A stretch of 64,000 nt of DNA from an uncultured beta proteobacterium. Lineage in GTDB: Bacteria > Pseudomonadota > Gammaproteobacteria > Burkholderiales > SG8-39. A program made the position numbers and the translations under genes. The stretch spans positions 162,633 to 226,632 of the forward strand of contig CAWBNB010000033.1 of the NCBI GenBank assembly GCA_963789885.1, written 5' to 3'. Position 1 is the stretch's first letter; each line of letters opens with the position of its first letter. Below are positions 8,616 to 18,687 of the stretch, one piece after another. The notes under the pieces are model-generated. The model saw nothing but the letters and a program-made list of their open reading frames with translations, did not search any database and was not told the origin of the DNA.

Positions 8616-11105
8616 TCACGCACGTCCCCCGCGCTCGGCCGTCCGGCCGCCGGCGTCGGCCGCCTTCCGCGGCTCGCGCAGCAGCGGGCGCAGGGCGTTG
8701 CGCAGGCCCTCGAGCGAGATCGGCTTCGCGACGATCCCGTCGCAGCCAGCGGCCCGGGCGCGATCGGCCTCCAGGCCGTCGTGGTGAGCGGTGAAGGCGA
8801 GGATCGGCCCGGTGTAGTTGCGCGTGCGCAGCACGTGCACCGCCTCGTAGCCGTTCATCACCGGCATCTCCATGTCCAGCAGGACGACGTCGAAGCGCTC
8901 CGCCAGGGCTGCCTCGACCGCCGAGAAGCCGTTGGCGACCGCGCGCGTCTCGACGCCGAGCCGGGTGAGGAACACCTCCACCAGCGTGCGGATGTCGTCG
9001 TTGTCCTCGCCGACGAGCACCCGCCCGGCGAGCGGCTCGCGCGCGGCGAGCGCCTCGGTGATCGGCCGCACCGTCTCGACGCGGGCGGTCGCCTCGCTCG
9101 GGATCCGCACCCGGAAGGTCGACCCGACCCCGCGCTTCGACTCGACCTCGATCGTGCCGTTCATCAGCGACACGAGGTTGCGCGTGATCGCGAGGCCGAG
9201 CCCGGTGCCGCCGAAGCGCTGCGCGATCGTCGCGTCGGCCTGCTCGAAGGGCTCGAAGATCCGCGCGAGCGCGTCGTCCGGGATGCCGGGGCCGGTGTCG
9301 CGCACCTCGATCTGGAGCGCCGCCAGGTGCCAGGAGGCGACCAGCTCGACCGTGCCCGCCTGGGTGAACTTGAGCGCGTTCGAGAGCAGGTTGATCAGGA
9401 TCTGGCGCACCCGGAAGGCGTCGAGCGCGAGCGCCGGCGGCAGCACCGTCCCGCGCGTGAACCGTAGCCGCAGCCGCTTGTCGTCGGCGAGCGGCTGCAT
9501 GGTCGCGACGACGTCGCGCATCAGCTGCTCGGGGTCCTCCGGCGCCAGCGCGATCACCAGGGTCCCGGCCTCGATCTTCGCGAGATCGAGGTTGTTGTTG
9601 ATTAACGCGAGCAGGTGCTCGCAGTTCCGGCCGATGATCGAGCTGTTGTGGATGCGCGCATCGCGACCGAGGTCGTCGGTGAACTGGTTCAGCTTGTTGA
9701 ACCCCATGATCGACGTCAGCGGCGTGCGGAGCTCGTGGGTGAGGTGGTTCAGGAACTCGCTCTTCAGGCGGTTCGCCTGGCGCTCGGCGAGCGTCTCGTA
9801 GCGCAGCCGCCGCCGCTCGTCGGAGACCGCGTACAGCCAGAGCGAGAGCACGACCGCGAGCGACCCGAGGCCGGCGACCGCCGAGAAGAGCCACGTCGAC
9901 TGGATCCCGATCGCGTAGAGCCCCGCGCCGGCGCCGGCGAGGGCGAGCGGCGTCGCGATGAACGCGAGGAGGAGCGCGCGCCCGGTCGCGTCGACGCCGC
10001 GGCGCATCAGGAACAGCGGTACGAACAGCGCGCCGAGCAGCAGCAGCCCGTCGATCGCGAGGCCGGCCTGCGTCGCCACCTGCCCCGCGGCGAGGCTCGC
10101 GTAGGCGAGCGCGGCGATCTGCGGCGCGGACAGCCGCCCGACCGGCGTGAACGCGTAGTCGGCGGTCAGCGCGCTCGCACTGCCGATGAAGATCACCTTG
10201 CCTGCGACGTCGCGGGCGAGCCAGCGGCTGCTGGGCGTGCCGCTCGCCGCCGCCGCCGCCTCGTAGAACGGGATCACGCGCAGGTCCTCGACGTTCACCG
10301 GGAACCGCAGCGCGACTTCGCCGTAGGTCCCGAGCGGGATCACGGCCCGTCGCAGGTGCAGCCTCCCGTCGACGACCCGGAGCGGATTGAGCGTCGGGTC
10401 CGCCGCGGCGAGCGCGGCGAGCGGGAGGCTCGGGAGGACGTAGCCCTGGGTGCCGTGGAAGAGGGTGATCCGGCGCAGCACGCCGTCCTCGTCGGGTTTC
10501 AGGTTGATGACGCCGACGCCGGCCCGGCCCCCGGAGGCGAGCGACGGGGCAGGCAGCCGCAGGTACGGCCAGCTCGCGTACGGGAAGCGCTGCTCGTCGG
10601 CGCGCCACGGCGCGCCGGTCCAGGGCGGGTTGCGCGCGTACGCCGATTCCGCGAGCTGCCGCTGATAGGTCGGCGCAGCCTCGAAGGCCACCGGCAGCCC
10701 CGCGGCGGCGAGCGCCGTGTTGCGGCCGAGCGCCGCCGCGAGCACCTCGTCGCCGGGGCGCTCGTCGGCGATCAGCAGGTGAAAGGCAATGGCGCGCGCG
10801 CCGTGCGCCTCGAGGTAGCGCACGACGCCGGCGTAAACCTCGCGATCGGTGCGCCATTGGCCCATCGGCTGGGCCATGCGCCGCAGCGATTCCTCGTCGA
10901 CGTCGAGGACGAGCACGTTGTCGAGGTCGATGGTCCGGCCGGTCGAGCGCTGCAGCGAGTCGTACAGCCAGCTCGAGAGGCGATCGAAGAGGGTCGTCTG
11001 GGCGAAGAGCGCCGCGATCGCCACGCCCACCGCGCAGGCGCCGAGACCCTTCGCCACCCGCAGGGCGGCATCGCGGTTGAGTTCGCTCTTGATGAACGCC
11101 AGCAT
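8616..11105 (-). CDS. CHASE2-domain hybrid sensor histidine kinase (HisKA-HATPase-REC)
   Basis: Start at the ATG at 11105 (MLAFIKSELNRD..). It has an N-terminal periplasmic CHASE2-like region with a following TM cluster. H-box FLNHLTHELRTPL, N/G boxes (LINLLSNALKFT, DTGPGI, GGTGLGLAI), and a C-terminal REC (VLVGEDNDDIR...LLDMEMPVMNG). Confidence 0.9.
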   Translation of the reverse strand: MLAFIKSELNRDAALRVAKGLGACAVGVAIAALFAQTTLFDRLSSWLYDSLQRSTGRTIDLDNVLVLDVDEESLRRMAQPMGQWRTDREVYAGVVRYLEAHGARAIAFHLLIADERPGDEVLAAALGRNTALAAAGLPVAFEAAPTYQRQLAESAYARNPPWTGAPWRADEQRFPYASWPYLRLPAPSLASGGRAGVGVINLKPDEDGVLRRITLFHGTQGYVLPSLPLAALAAADPTLNPLRVVDGRLHLRRAVIPLGTYGEVALRFPVNVEDLRVIPFYEAAAAASGTPSSRWLARDVAGKVIFIGSASALTADYAFTPVGRLSAPQIAALAYASLAAGQVATQAGLAIDGLLLLGALFVPLFLMRRGVDATGRALLLAFIATPLALAGAGAGLYAIGIQSTWLFSAVAGLGSLAVVLSLWLYAVSDERRRLRYETLAERQANRLKSEFLNHLTHELRTPLTSIMGFNKLNQFTDDLGRDARIHNSSIIGRNCEHLLALINNNLDLAKIEAGTLVIALAPEDPEQLMRDVVATMQPLADDKRLRLRFTRGTVLPPALALDAFRVRQILINLLSNALKFTQAGTVELVASWHLAALQIEVRDTGPGIPDDALARIFEPFEQADATIAQRFGGTGLGLAITRNLVSLMNGTIEVESKRGVGSTFRVRIPSEATARVETVRPITEALAAREPLAGRVLVGEDNDDIRTLVEVFLTRLGVETRAVANGFSAVEAALAERFDVVLLDMEMPVMNGYEAVHVLRTRNYTGPILAFTAHHDGLEADRARAAGCDGIVAKPISLEGLRNALRPLLREPRKAADAGGRTAERGGRA

Positions 11106-11251
11106 GGCAACGACTATCGTTATTGTACTGGAACGATATGTCGCTGATCCTACAATCGAAGGCCGAGGCGCCGGGTCGCCGCAGTGTCGGAAATGCGGCA
11201 CACTACGCGGTCGCCGACGCGACGCACCGCCTTCGTAGCCGGAGGTCCGAT

Positions 11252-11779
11252 ATGCCAGACATCGTCCCGATCCACGGCCTGCACCACTTCGCTTGGCGGT
11301 GTCGCGACGCGGAAGAGACGCGCCACTTCTACGAGGACGTGCTCGGGCTGCCGCTCGTACACCTCATCCGCGCCGATCGCGTGCCCTCGACCGGCGAGTA
11401 CTGCCCGTACGTCCACATCTTCTTCCGGATGACCGACGGCTCGCACCTCGCCTTCTTCGATCTCGGCGACGATACCGCCGCGGCGCCCAGCCCGAACACG
11501 CCGGCCTGGGTGAATCACATGGCCCTGCGCGTGGGATCGCTCGCCGAGCTCGAGGCGGCGCGCAAGCGGCTCGAGGCGCACGGCGTCGAGGTGATCGGCA
11601 TCACCGACCATCACTTCATCAAGTCGATCTACTTCTTCGACCCGAACGGCTTCCGCCTCGAGCTGACCGCGGTCGTCGGCGAGTCCGGGTACATGGCGGA
11701 GAAGGAGCGGTCGGCGCGCGCGGAGTGCGCGGCCTGGACGCGCGAGAAGGCGGCGCGGCGGCGGCCTGCCGTCTCGTGA
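11252..11779 (+). CDS. VOC-family (glyoxalase/extradiol dioxygenase fold) protein
   Basis: ATG at 11252 preceded by ggagg. GLHHFAWRCRDAEETRHFYEDVLGLPLV...VNHMALRV...HFIKSIYFFDPNGFRLEL is a typical VOC pattern. Confidence 0.8.
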   Translation: MPDIVPIHGLHHFAWRCRDAEETRHFYEDVLGLPLVHLIRADRVPSTGEYCPYVHIFFRMTDGSHLAFFDLGDDTAAAPSPNTPAWVNHMALRVGSLAELEAARKRLEAHGVEVIGITDHHFIKSIYFFDPNGFRLELTAVVGESGYMAEKERSARAECAAWTREKAARRRPAVS

Positions 11780-11802
11780 ACCGTCTCGTGAACCGACGGG
11801 GC

Positions 11803-12792
11803 ATGAAGGTCTGCATCGTCGGCGCCGGCTCGGTCGGCGGCGTGCTCGGGGCGCGGCTGGCCGCGGCCGGGCACGCGGTCAGCCTCATAGCCCGCGGCGA
11901 CCACCTCGCCGCGATCCGCGCCGAGGGGCTCGGCCTCAAGGACGCCGACGGCGTGCGGCGTTTTCCGCTCCCGGTCACTGAGAATCCCGGCGAGCTTGGC
12001 CCGCAGGACGCCGTGTTCGTGGCGCTCAAGGCGTATTCGATCGGCCCGATGCTGCCGCGCCTCACGCCGCTCCTCACGCCCGACACGGCGGTGATCACCG
12101 CGATCAACGGCATTCCCTGGTGGTACTTCTGCCGGGAGGGTGGGCGCTTCGACGGCGCGCGCATCGAGTGCCTCGACCCGGACGGCGGGATGATCCGCGC
12201 GCTCGACCCGAAGCACCTCGTCGGGTGCGTCGTGCACGCCTCGGCGGAGGTGATCGCGCCGGGGCTCGTCCATCACACGAGCGGGCGCACGTTCATCCTC
12301 GGCGAGCTCGACGGCGCGACCACCCCGCGGCTCCAGGCGATCGGCGCGGCGATCGACGGCGCCGGGCTCGAAGCGCGGCGCTCGGCGCGGATCCGCGACG
12401 ACGTCTGGACCAAGCTGATCGGCAACACGTCGTTCAACCCGGTCGCGGCGCTGACCGGTGCGCTGATGAGCGAGATCAACGCCAGTCCGGGACTGCTCGA
12501 GCTGATCCGGCACATGATGGTCGAGGGGATGCAGGTGGCGGAGGCGCTCGGCGCGCGGATCAACGTCACGATCGACGAGCGCCTGGGGCTCGCGCGGAAG
12601 CTCGGCGCCGCGAAGGTCTCCATGCATCAGGACATCGAGAAGGGACGCCCGCTCGAGATCGACGCGATCGTCACCGTGGTCTGCGAGCTCGGTCGGAAGG
12701 TCGGCGTCGCGACGCCGACGATCGACGGCGTCGAGGCGCTGATCCGCGAGCGCGCCCGGCACCGGTGGGTGCCGGCCGGGGACGGGCGGTAG
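11803..12792 (+). CDS. 2-dehydropantoate 2-reductase family (PanE/ApbA-like) oxidoreductase
   Basis: MKVCIVGAGSVGGVLGARLAAAGHAV Rossmann motif; ..DVWTKLIGNTSFNP..SMHQDIEKGRPLEIDAI.. is typical of the ketopantoate reductase family. Confidence 0.85.
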   Translation: MKVCIVGAGSVGGVLGARLAAAGHAVSLIARGDHLAAIRAEGLGLKDADGVRRFPLPVTENPGELGPQDAVFVALKAYSIGPMLPRLTPLLTPDTAVITAINGIPWWYFCREGGRFDGARIECLDPDGGMIRALDPKHLVGCVVHASAEVIAPGLVHHTSGRTFILGELDGATTPRLQAIGAAIDGAGLEARRSARIRDDVWTKLIGNTSFNPVAALTGALMSEINASPGLLELIRHMMVEGMQVAEALGARINVTIDERLGLARKLGAAKVSMHQDIEKGRPLEIDAIVTVVCELGRKVGVATPTIDGVEALIRERARHRWVPAGDGR

Positions 12793-12805
12793 ACCGGAGC
12801 CGGCC

Positions 12806-14440
12806 GTGGCCGAGCAGCCCGCCTGGACCGGCGGCTACGAGCTCCCGGTCTACCCCTTCGTCCCGCCGCCCGAACTCGCGGACGGGAAGCGGCGGCGCTA
12901 CGGAATCGTGATCGTCGGCGGCGGGCTCTCCGGCCTGACGCTCGCCTGCGACCTCGCCAACCGTGGGGTCGAGTCGGTGCTGCTCGACGAGGACGACACC
13001 ATCGGCGTGCGCGGCGCCTCTTCGCGCGGCATCGTCTACGCGCAGAAGACGCTCGAGGTGTTCGCGCATCTCGGCACCTACCCGCGGATCCGGGAGAAGG
13101 GCATCACCTGGTCCGACGCGAAGACGCTCGCCGGCGAGGACGTCGTCTACTCCTTCAGCCTGCAATCGGCGAACGCGTCCGAGCAGCCGCCGTTCATCAA
13201 CCTGCAGCAGTTCTACGTCGAGTGGTTCCTGGTCGACCGCATCGCGACGCTCGGCCGTTGCGACCTGCGCTGGAAGAATCGCGTCACTAAGGTCACGCAG
13301 ACCGCCGAATGCGTCACCGCCGCGGTCGAGACGCCCGCGGGCGCCTACACGCTCGAGGCGGAGTGGCTCATCGATGCGACCGGCGTGAACTCACCGATCC
13401 GCCAGGGGTTCGGCCTGGAGACCAATACCTCGCGCATCGTCGACCGCTGGTGCATCACCGATGTCCGGTTCAAGGAGTTCTTCCCGACCGAGCGCTGGAC
13501 CTGGGTCGAGGCGCCGTTCAACGAGAACCGTGCGGTGTGGCAGCACCTCATGGGGGACGACGTCTGGCGGCTCGACTACCAGATGGCGGGCGACTGCGAC
13601 CCGGAGTACGTGAGCCGGCGCGAGGTCGCCGAGGAGCGACTGCGCGCGCATCTCGGCGACATCGAGTTCGAGCTCGTCTGGGTCGGGCCGTACGCCTACC
13701 GCGACCATCTGCTCGACGATTTCCGGCTCGGGCGCGTGTTCTTCGTCGGCGACGCGGCGCACGTCGTCAGCCCGTTCGGTGCGCGCGGCGGGAATTCCGG
13801 CATCCAGGACGCGTACAACCTCGGCTGGAAGCTCGCGCTGGTGACGAGGCGCCAGGCGCCGCAATCGCTGCTCGACACCTACAACGCCGAGCGCCAGCCG
13901 GCGGCGAGGCAGAACCTCGAGGTGACGAGCCGGACCTCACGCTTCCTCGCCCCGCAGTCGCCGGCCGAGCGCACGCTGCGCAGCGCGGCGATCGGGCTCG
14001 CGCGCGAGCATCCGTTCGCGCGCGCGCTCGTGAACACCGGCCGGATGTCGGTCGGCAACCCTTATCCGGATTCGCCGGCGGTCACCGGCGCGGGCTGGTC
14101 GCTGCCGAACGTCCCGATCACGCTCCCCGGCGGCGCGCCCTCGACGCTCGTCGAGCTCGCGCAGGCGATCGGCACGGCCTTCATCGGCGTCCTGTACGCG
14201 CCGACGAGCGGTCACGACATCGCCGGCTTCGCGCAGCTCGAGGCGACCGGCCTGCCGTTCCGCTTCTTCGTGTGCGGGCCGGGCGGGATCGGCGATCCCG
14301 AGGGGAAGCTCAAGGCCGTGCTCAAAGCCGCACCCGACTGCTTCGCCCTGATCCGCCCCGACCTCTATCTCGCCGCGCTGGTGCCGAACGCGCGCGCGAA
14401 CGAGGCCGAGGCCGTCCTGCGGAAGGCGCTTTGCCTATGA
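12806..14440 (+). CDS. FAD-dependent aromatic-ring monooxygenase (MhpA/PheA-TfdB-like)
   Basis: GTG start. VIVGGGLSGLTLACDLANRGV dinucleotide motif; GRVFFVGDAAHVVSPFGARGGNSGIQDAYNLGWKL FAD motif; 544 aa. Confidence 0.9.
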   Translation: MAEQPAWTGGYELPVYPFVPPPELADGKRRRYGIVIVGGGLSGLTLACDLANRGVESVLLDEDDTIGVRGASSRGIVYAQKTLEVFAHLGTYPRIREKGITWSDAKTLAGEDVVYSFSLQSANASEQPPFINLQQFYVEWFLVDRIATLGRCDLRWKNRVTKVTQTAECVTAAVETPAGAYTLEAEWLIDATGVNSPIRQGFGLETNTSRIVDRWCITDVRFKEFFPTERWTWVEAPFNENRAVWQHLMGDDVWRLDYQMAGDCDPEYVSRREVAEERLRAHLGDIEFELVWVGPYAYRDHLLDDFRLGRVFFVGDAAHVVSPFGARGGNSGIQDAYNLGWKLALVTRRQAPQSLLDTYNAERQPAARQNLEVTSRTSRFLAPQSPAERTLRSAAIGLAREHPFARALVNTGRMSVGNPYPDSPAVTGAGWSLPNVPITLPGGAPSTLVELAQAIGTAFIGVLYAPTSGHDIAGFAQLEATGLPFRFFVCGPGGIGDPEGKLKAVLKAAPDCFALIRPDLYLAALVPNARANEAEAVLRKALCL

Positions 14441-14450
14441 CCACCTTTAC

Positions 14451-14648
14451 ATGACCACCGATCCCAACATCCCCGATCCCGACGGCTTCTACGCCGCGCT
14501 CGTCGCCGCCCACGAAGGGCTAAGCGAGGCCCAGTCGGCGGAGCTGAACGCCCGGCTCGTCTTCCTGCTCGCGAACCAGGTGGGCGAGCAGGGCGTTCTC
14601 CTCGACTGCGTCGCCGCGGCCCGGAAGCCGTTCGCGCGCGCCGCCTGA
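14451..14648 (+). CDS. DUF2783-family small protein
   Basis: 65 aa. DPDGFYAALVAAHEGLSEAQSAELNARLVFLLANQVG matches my memory of DUF2783. That family commonly follows this type of FAD monooxygenase. Confidence 0.65.
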   Translation: MTTDPNIPDPDGFYAALVAAHEGLSEAQSAELNARLVFLLANQVGEQGVLLDCVAAARKPFARAA

Positions 14649-14894
14649 CTGGCTCCGCCGGTCGGGATGAACATCTTCGTCGTGAAGAGCCTCATCCGCG
14701 GCCTCGCGCGGCATCGTCCGGTCGGCCTAGGCGCTCGGTCCTAGTGCATGGGTGCGCTGGCGGGCGTCAACCGGAAGGTCTAGCATCGACTGCATCGGGT
14801 CCGTCGCGCGACGAGGGGAAGCGCCGGATCCGCGGGACCCGACGGGGCGAGCGGCGCCCGCACTCCGCCGCTCGAGAGGAAACCCTACAACAAG

Positions 14895-17800
14895 ATGAAG
14901 GAGAGGTCGCGGCCGATCGCGAAGCTCATCCGGCCTTCCGCCGGGGAGCTCCTGCGGCGCGAGCGCCTGTTCGCCGCGCTCGACGAGGCGCGCCGGCGCA
15001 AGGCGGTCTGGATCTCGGCACCCGGCGGGGCCGGGAAGACGTCGCTCGTCGCGAGCTGGATCGAGGCGCGGCGCCTGCCCTGTCTCTGGCTCGCGCTCGA
15101 CGCCGGCGACGCCGATCCGGCGTCGTGCTTCTTTCACCTCGCGGCGGGCGCCCGCGCGGCGTTCGGGATCGCCGACCTCCCGCCGTTCAGCGAGGCGCAG
15201 CGCGCGGGCGTCGGCCTTTTCGCCCGGCGTTTCTTCGAGCGCCTGTGCGCCGCGATCGACCCGCCCCTCGTCCTCGTCCTCGACAACTACCAGGCGTTTA
15301 GCGCGGACTCGCCGGTGCATGCGGTGACCGACGCGCTGTTCGCTTCGGTGCCGCCCGGCGTCCTCGCTGTCGTCGCGAGCCGCGAGGCGCCGCCGCCGCG
15401 GCTCGCGCGCTGGCTCGCGGGCGCGGACCTGGCGACGATCGAGTTCCCGGCGCTGCGCCTGACGCGCGCGGAGACGGCTGCGCTCGCGACGGCGCACGGG
15501 ATCGATCCGAACGGCCGGCTCGACACGCTCCACGAGCTCGCGCGGGGCTGGGCGGCCGGGGTCGTGCTGCTCGCGCGTGCGCTCGCGCAGGGGTTGCCGC
15601 TGCCGAAACCCGGCGACGCGCCGCCGGCGGCGATCTTCGACTACTTCGCGGTCGAGGTGTTCGACCAGGCGCCGTCCGCGATGCACGCGTTCCTGCACCG
15701 GACCGCCTTCCTCCCGAGCATGACCGCGGCAATGGCCGAGGCCGCGTCCGGCGAGCCGCGCGCGGGCGCGCTGCTCGAGGAGCTCCATCGCGCCCACCTC
15801 TTCGTCGAGCGCCGGGAGGACACCGAGATCGTCTACGAGTACCACCCGCTGTTCCGCGAGTTCCTGCAGGTTCGCGCCCGCTCGGCGTTCGACGCCGAGG
15901 GGTTGCGCGCAATTCGGGACCGGTCGGGACGGCTCGCGCTCGCCCGGGGCGAGGCGGAGGCGGCCGGCCGGCTGTTCGCGGCCAACGAGGACTGGGGCGC
16001 GCTCGCCAGCGTCTTCCGCGCGCACGCCGCGGGGTTTGCCGCGCACGGGCGCCACCAGGCGCTGCGCGGCCTGATCGATCTCGCGCCCCCGGCGGTCCGC
16101 GATGGGGAGCCGTGGCTCGCCTTCTGGCGCGCCTGGTGCCGGATGGCCGGTCAGGAGGACGGCTGGCGGACCCCGCTCGAGCGCGCGTTCGAGCGGTTCG
16201 CGGCCGACGGCGACTTCGAGGGCGCGTTCACGGCCTGCGCCTGGCTGCTGCGGACGAGCGTCGTCGCCGGCGAGGCGCAGCGCTGGATTGCGGTCGCCGA
16301 GCGGCTCGCTGCCGGGCATCCGGGCTTCGTCGATCCGGCGATCGAGGCGCGGGTCATCTGGCAGTTCCACCAGGTGCGGCAGTTTCCGCCGCACCATCCG
16401 CTCGTCGCGCGCTGGGCCGACCGCGCCGAGGAGCTCGTCCGCACGCTCGACCAGACGACGCTCCGGCTGCGGATGGCGGCGTTCGCCCTGAGCGTGCACT
16501 TCGCGCACGGCGACGTGCGCCGGATGGGCGCGCTCGTCGCCGCGACCCGCGGGCTCCCGGGACCCGGCGAGACCCCGCCGAGCGACGAGCTCGGCCTCCA
16601 GATGTTCCGCGGCTACTACCAGCTGCACATGAGCGAGCTCGAGGCCGCCGCGGCGACCCTCGCCCGCGTCGAGCGGCTCGCGGCGGAGACCGGCACTGCC
16701 GGCGACCTCGCAGCGGCCTGGCATCTCGGCGCCAGGGTGGCCCTGTGCCTGGGCGAGACCGCGCGCGCGCGGGCCTACCACGACCAGCTGGCGGCGCTCG
16801 GGGACTCGCTGCCGCCGTATCCCTGTCACGCCCATACGACTGCGGTCTACATCGCGCTGCACGAGGGCGACCTGGACGCCGCGGCCGCGGCCGCGAGCGC
16901 GGTCGTCGCCTACCAGGACGCGTTCCCGGTGTTCCGTCCCGTGTGGCGCGCCAACCTGGCGCAGGTCCTGCTCGAGTGCGGCGAGGTGGCGCGCGCCCGC
17001 GACGAGCTCGACGCGGTGGTCGCCGACGCGCGCGCGGCGCGGCTCCCGGCGACCGAGAGCACGGCGCTCCTGCTCCACGCCGCCGCGCTCTTCCGGTTGG
17101 GCGCCGGCGAGCGGGCGGCGGCCAGCCTCCGGGACGGCCTTGCCCGCGCGCGCGAGCTCGGCTGCGTGCCGCACCTGCCGTTCATCCTGCGGCCCACGCT
17201 CGCGCGTCTCGCCGCGCGCGCCCTGGAAAGCGGGATCGAGCGCGAGTTCGCGACCGACCTCGTCGCGTCCTGGCGGCTCGCGCCGCCGTCGCCCGAAGAG
17301 GAGCGCTGGCCGTGGGGAATCCGTGTGCGCGCGCTCGGCGTGTTCGAGCTCGCGATCGAGGGCGACACGCTGAACGGCGCGGCGCGGACGCAACGCAAGC
17401 CGGTCGAGCTGCTGAAGTGCCTGGTGGCGTTCGGCGGGCGCGACGTCGGGGCGGCGATGGTGATGCAGGCGCTCTGGCCGGAGGCCGAGGGCGACGCGGC
17501 GAAACGCTCGTTCGACGTCACGCTGCACCGGCTGCGGCGGCTCCTCGGGCGCGACGACGCGATCGTGCTCGAGGCCGGCAAGCTCGCGCTCAACCCGGAG
17601 GTCATGTGGGTGGACGCGCTCGCATTCGAGCGCCTGGCGGCCCGCACCGAGGAGGCGCTGCGCGGCGCGGCGCGGGCGCCGGCGCTGCCGGTCGGCGAGC
17701 TCCTCGATCGCACCCTGCGGCTCTATCGCGGGCCGCTGCTCGCCTCGGACGACGACGCCTGGGTCCAACCGCTGCGCGAGCGGCTGCGCAACCGCTACCT

Positions 17801-18062
17801 CGCGCTCGTCGAGCGCGCGGGCGAGTTCCTCGAGCGGAGCGAGCGCGCCGACGCCGCGCTTGCCTGTTACCAGCGCGCCCTCGATCTCGATCCGCCCGCC
17901 GAGCGCATCTACCAGCGGATCATGCGGTTCCTCCATGCGCGCGGCCGGCGGGCCGAGGCGCTCGAGGTCTACCGGAGCTGCCGCGAGATGCTCGCGGCGA
18001 CGCTCGGCGCGCAACCTTCGTCGGAGACCGAGGCGCTCCACCGGCTGCTGCGCGGCGGCTAG
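14895..18062 (+). CDS. STAND (MalT-like) ATPase fused to an OmpR-type winged helix and BTAD domain (SARP-like regulator)
   Basis: Walker A APGGAGKTSL and Walker B LVLVLDNYQ, followed by a long helical/TPR-like middle. The C-terminus has IRVRALGVFELAIEG...KPVELLKCLVAFGG...DVTLHRLRRLLG (winged helix), then LYRGPLL..DDAWV...YQRIMRFLHARGRRAEALEVYRSCREML (BTAD). Confidence 0.85.
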   Translation: MKERSRPIAKLIRPSAGELLRRERLFAALDEARRRKAVWISAPGGAGKTSLVASWIEARRLPCLWLALDAGDADPASCFFHLAAGARAAFGIADLPPFSEAQRAGVGLFARRFFERLCAAIDPPLVLVLDNYQAFSADSPVHAVTDALFASVPPGVLAVVASREAPPPRLARWLAGADLATIEFPALRLTRAETAALATAHGIDPNGRLDTLHELARGWAAGVVLLARALAQGLPLPKPGDAPPAAIFDYFAVEVFDQAPSAMHAFLHRTAFLPSMTAAMAEAASGEPRAGALLEELHRAHLFVERREDTEIVYEYHPLFREFLQVRARSAFDAEGLRAIRDRSGRLALARGEAEAAGRLFAANEDWGALASVFRAHAAGFAAHGRHQALRGLIDLAPPAVRDGEPWLAFWRAWCRMAGQEDGWRTPLERAFERFAADGDFEGAFTACAWLLRTSVVAGEAQRWIAVAERLAAGHPGFVDPAIEARVIWQFHQVRQFPPHHPLVARWADRAEELVRTLDQTTLRLRMAAFALSVHFAHGDVRRMGALVAATRGLPGPGETPPSDELGLQMFRGYYQLHMSELEAAAATLARVERLAAETGTAGDLAAAWHLGARVALCLGETARARAYHDQLAALGDSLPPYPCHAHTTAVYIALHEGDLDAAAAAASAVVAYQDAFPVFRPVWRANLAQVLLECGEVARARDELDAVVADARAARLPATESTALLLHAAALFRLGAGERAAASLRDGLARARELGCVPHLPFILRPTLARLAARALESGIEREFATDLVASWRLAPPSPEEERWPWGIRVRALGVFELAIEGDTLNGAARTQRKPVELLKCLVAFGGRDVGAAMVMQALWPEAEGDAAKRSFDVTLHRLRRLLGRDDAIVLEAGKLALNPEVMWVDALAFERLAARTEEALRGAARAPALPVGELLDRTLRLYRGPLLASDDDAWVQPLRERLRNRYLALVERAGEFLERSERADAALACYQRALDLDPPAERIYQRIMRFLHARGRRAEALEVYRSCREMLAATLGAQPSSETEALHRLLRGG

Positions 18063-18196
18063 CCGCGAGCGCACGGGTGCCGGCCATGACGAATGCATGG
18101 CACCCGTCCGAATGGACGATCCCGTCGTAAGGGGGCCGTATGGTGCCCGCGCGTAGTCTGCCGGCGTTTCCCTCACGTACGCCCGGGGTTTCACGC

Positions 18197-18370
18197 ATGG
18201 ACGCGATCCTGAACCCTCTCGTCTGGATGCTCGATGTGGCGCTGCTCGCGTCCCTCGTGTACGGCGGCTATCTCGTGCTCGGCGGGGGCGGTTTCCATCG
18301 CGATGCGCCCGAAGACGCCGCACTCCCGTACCTCGACGTGAGCGGCGACCCGAACTTCCACCATCGCTAG
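18197..18370 (+). CDS. Possible small membrane protein
   Basis: MDAILNPLVWMLDVALLASLVYGGYLVLGG has one hydrophobic helix. There is no other support. Confidence 0.2.
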   Translation: MDAILNPLVWMLDVALLASLVYGGYLVLGGGGFHRDAPEDAALPYLDVSGDPNFHHR

Positions 18371-18476
18371 CTGCGGCCGGAGCGCGGGCCGGCACCCAGC
18401 GGCGGGGGCGATGCCCCCGGCCGCGGGTGTCGTCTTTCCTCGAGTCCGGCGATCAAACGACCGCTGTGGGCAGTGC

Positions 18477-18600
18477 GTGGGATTTGAGTGGGATTTAGCT
18501 ATAGAGAGGGATAATTCCGAACGATAGCAGATCCTATATTTCTACAACTATATGAACTTAATATGATAATACCTTAACCCCCACGAATAATCCCACTCTG
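18477..18600. promoter_or_regulatory. AT-rich promoter island with a repeated GTGGGATT motif
   Basis: About 125 nt are far more AT-rich than the surrounding sequence (..tagctatagagagggataattccgaacgatagcagatcctatatttctacaactatatgaacttaatatgataatacc..). gtgggattt occurs at 18477-18485 and 18488-18496, an 11-nt phasing. The inverted copy aatcccac lies at 18589-18596. Confidence 0.4.
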
Positions 18601-18687
18601 ACAATGGGACGCAAATTGGTTGACATCCGGCACGGGAGGGGCCGACACTCATCCGAAAACCGCGCGCGTCTCGAGAAGGAGGAGGGG

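Noticed and set aside
11769-11792. Perfect 12-bp tandem duplication ccgtctcgtgaa x2 that includes the stop codon of the VOC gene.
   Set aside because: It is real in the sequence but appears functionally inert. The first copy already terminates the ORF and the second lies in the 23-nt spacer before the next gene.
14727-18395. 1222-aa ORF on the minus strand, opposite the STAND-BTAD regulator. Similar long antisense or off-frame ORFs include 8602..10857, 18649..20211, 28846..31497, 31784..34444, 38924..41245, 41309..43906, 45421..47400, 47196..48911, 49258..50934 and 60068..61948.
   Set aside because: Their translations are Arg/Ala/Gly/Pro-rich low-complexity strings with no motifs. Each lies opposite or out of frame to a gene with clear family signatures. 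Such stop-free shadow frames are expected in GC-rich DNA.
18604-18687. Upstream extension of the 18688 gene (track start at 18604, MGRKLVDIRHGRG...).
   Set aside because: The strong SD aaggaggagggg sits immediately before the ATG at 18688. The extension begins inside the AT-rich promoter island.
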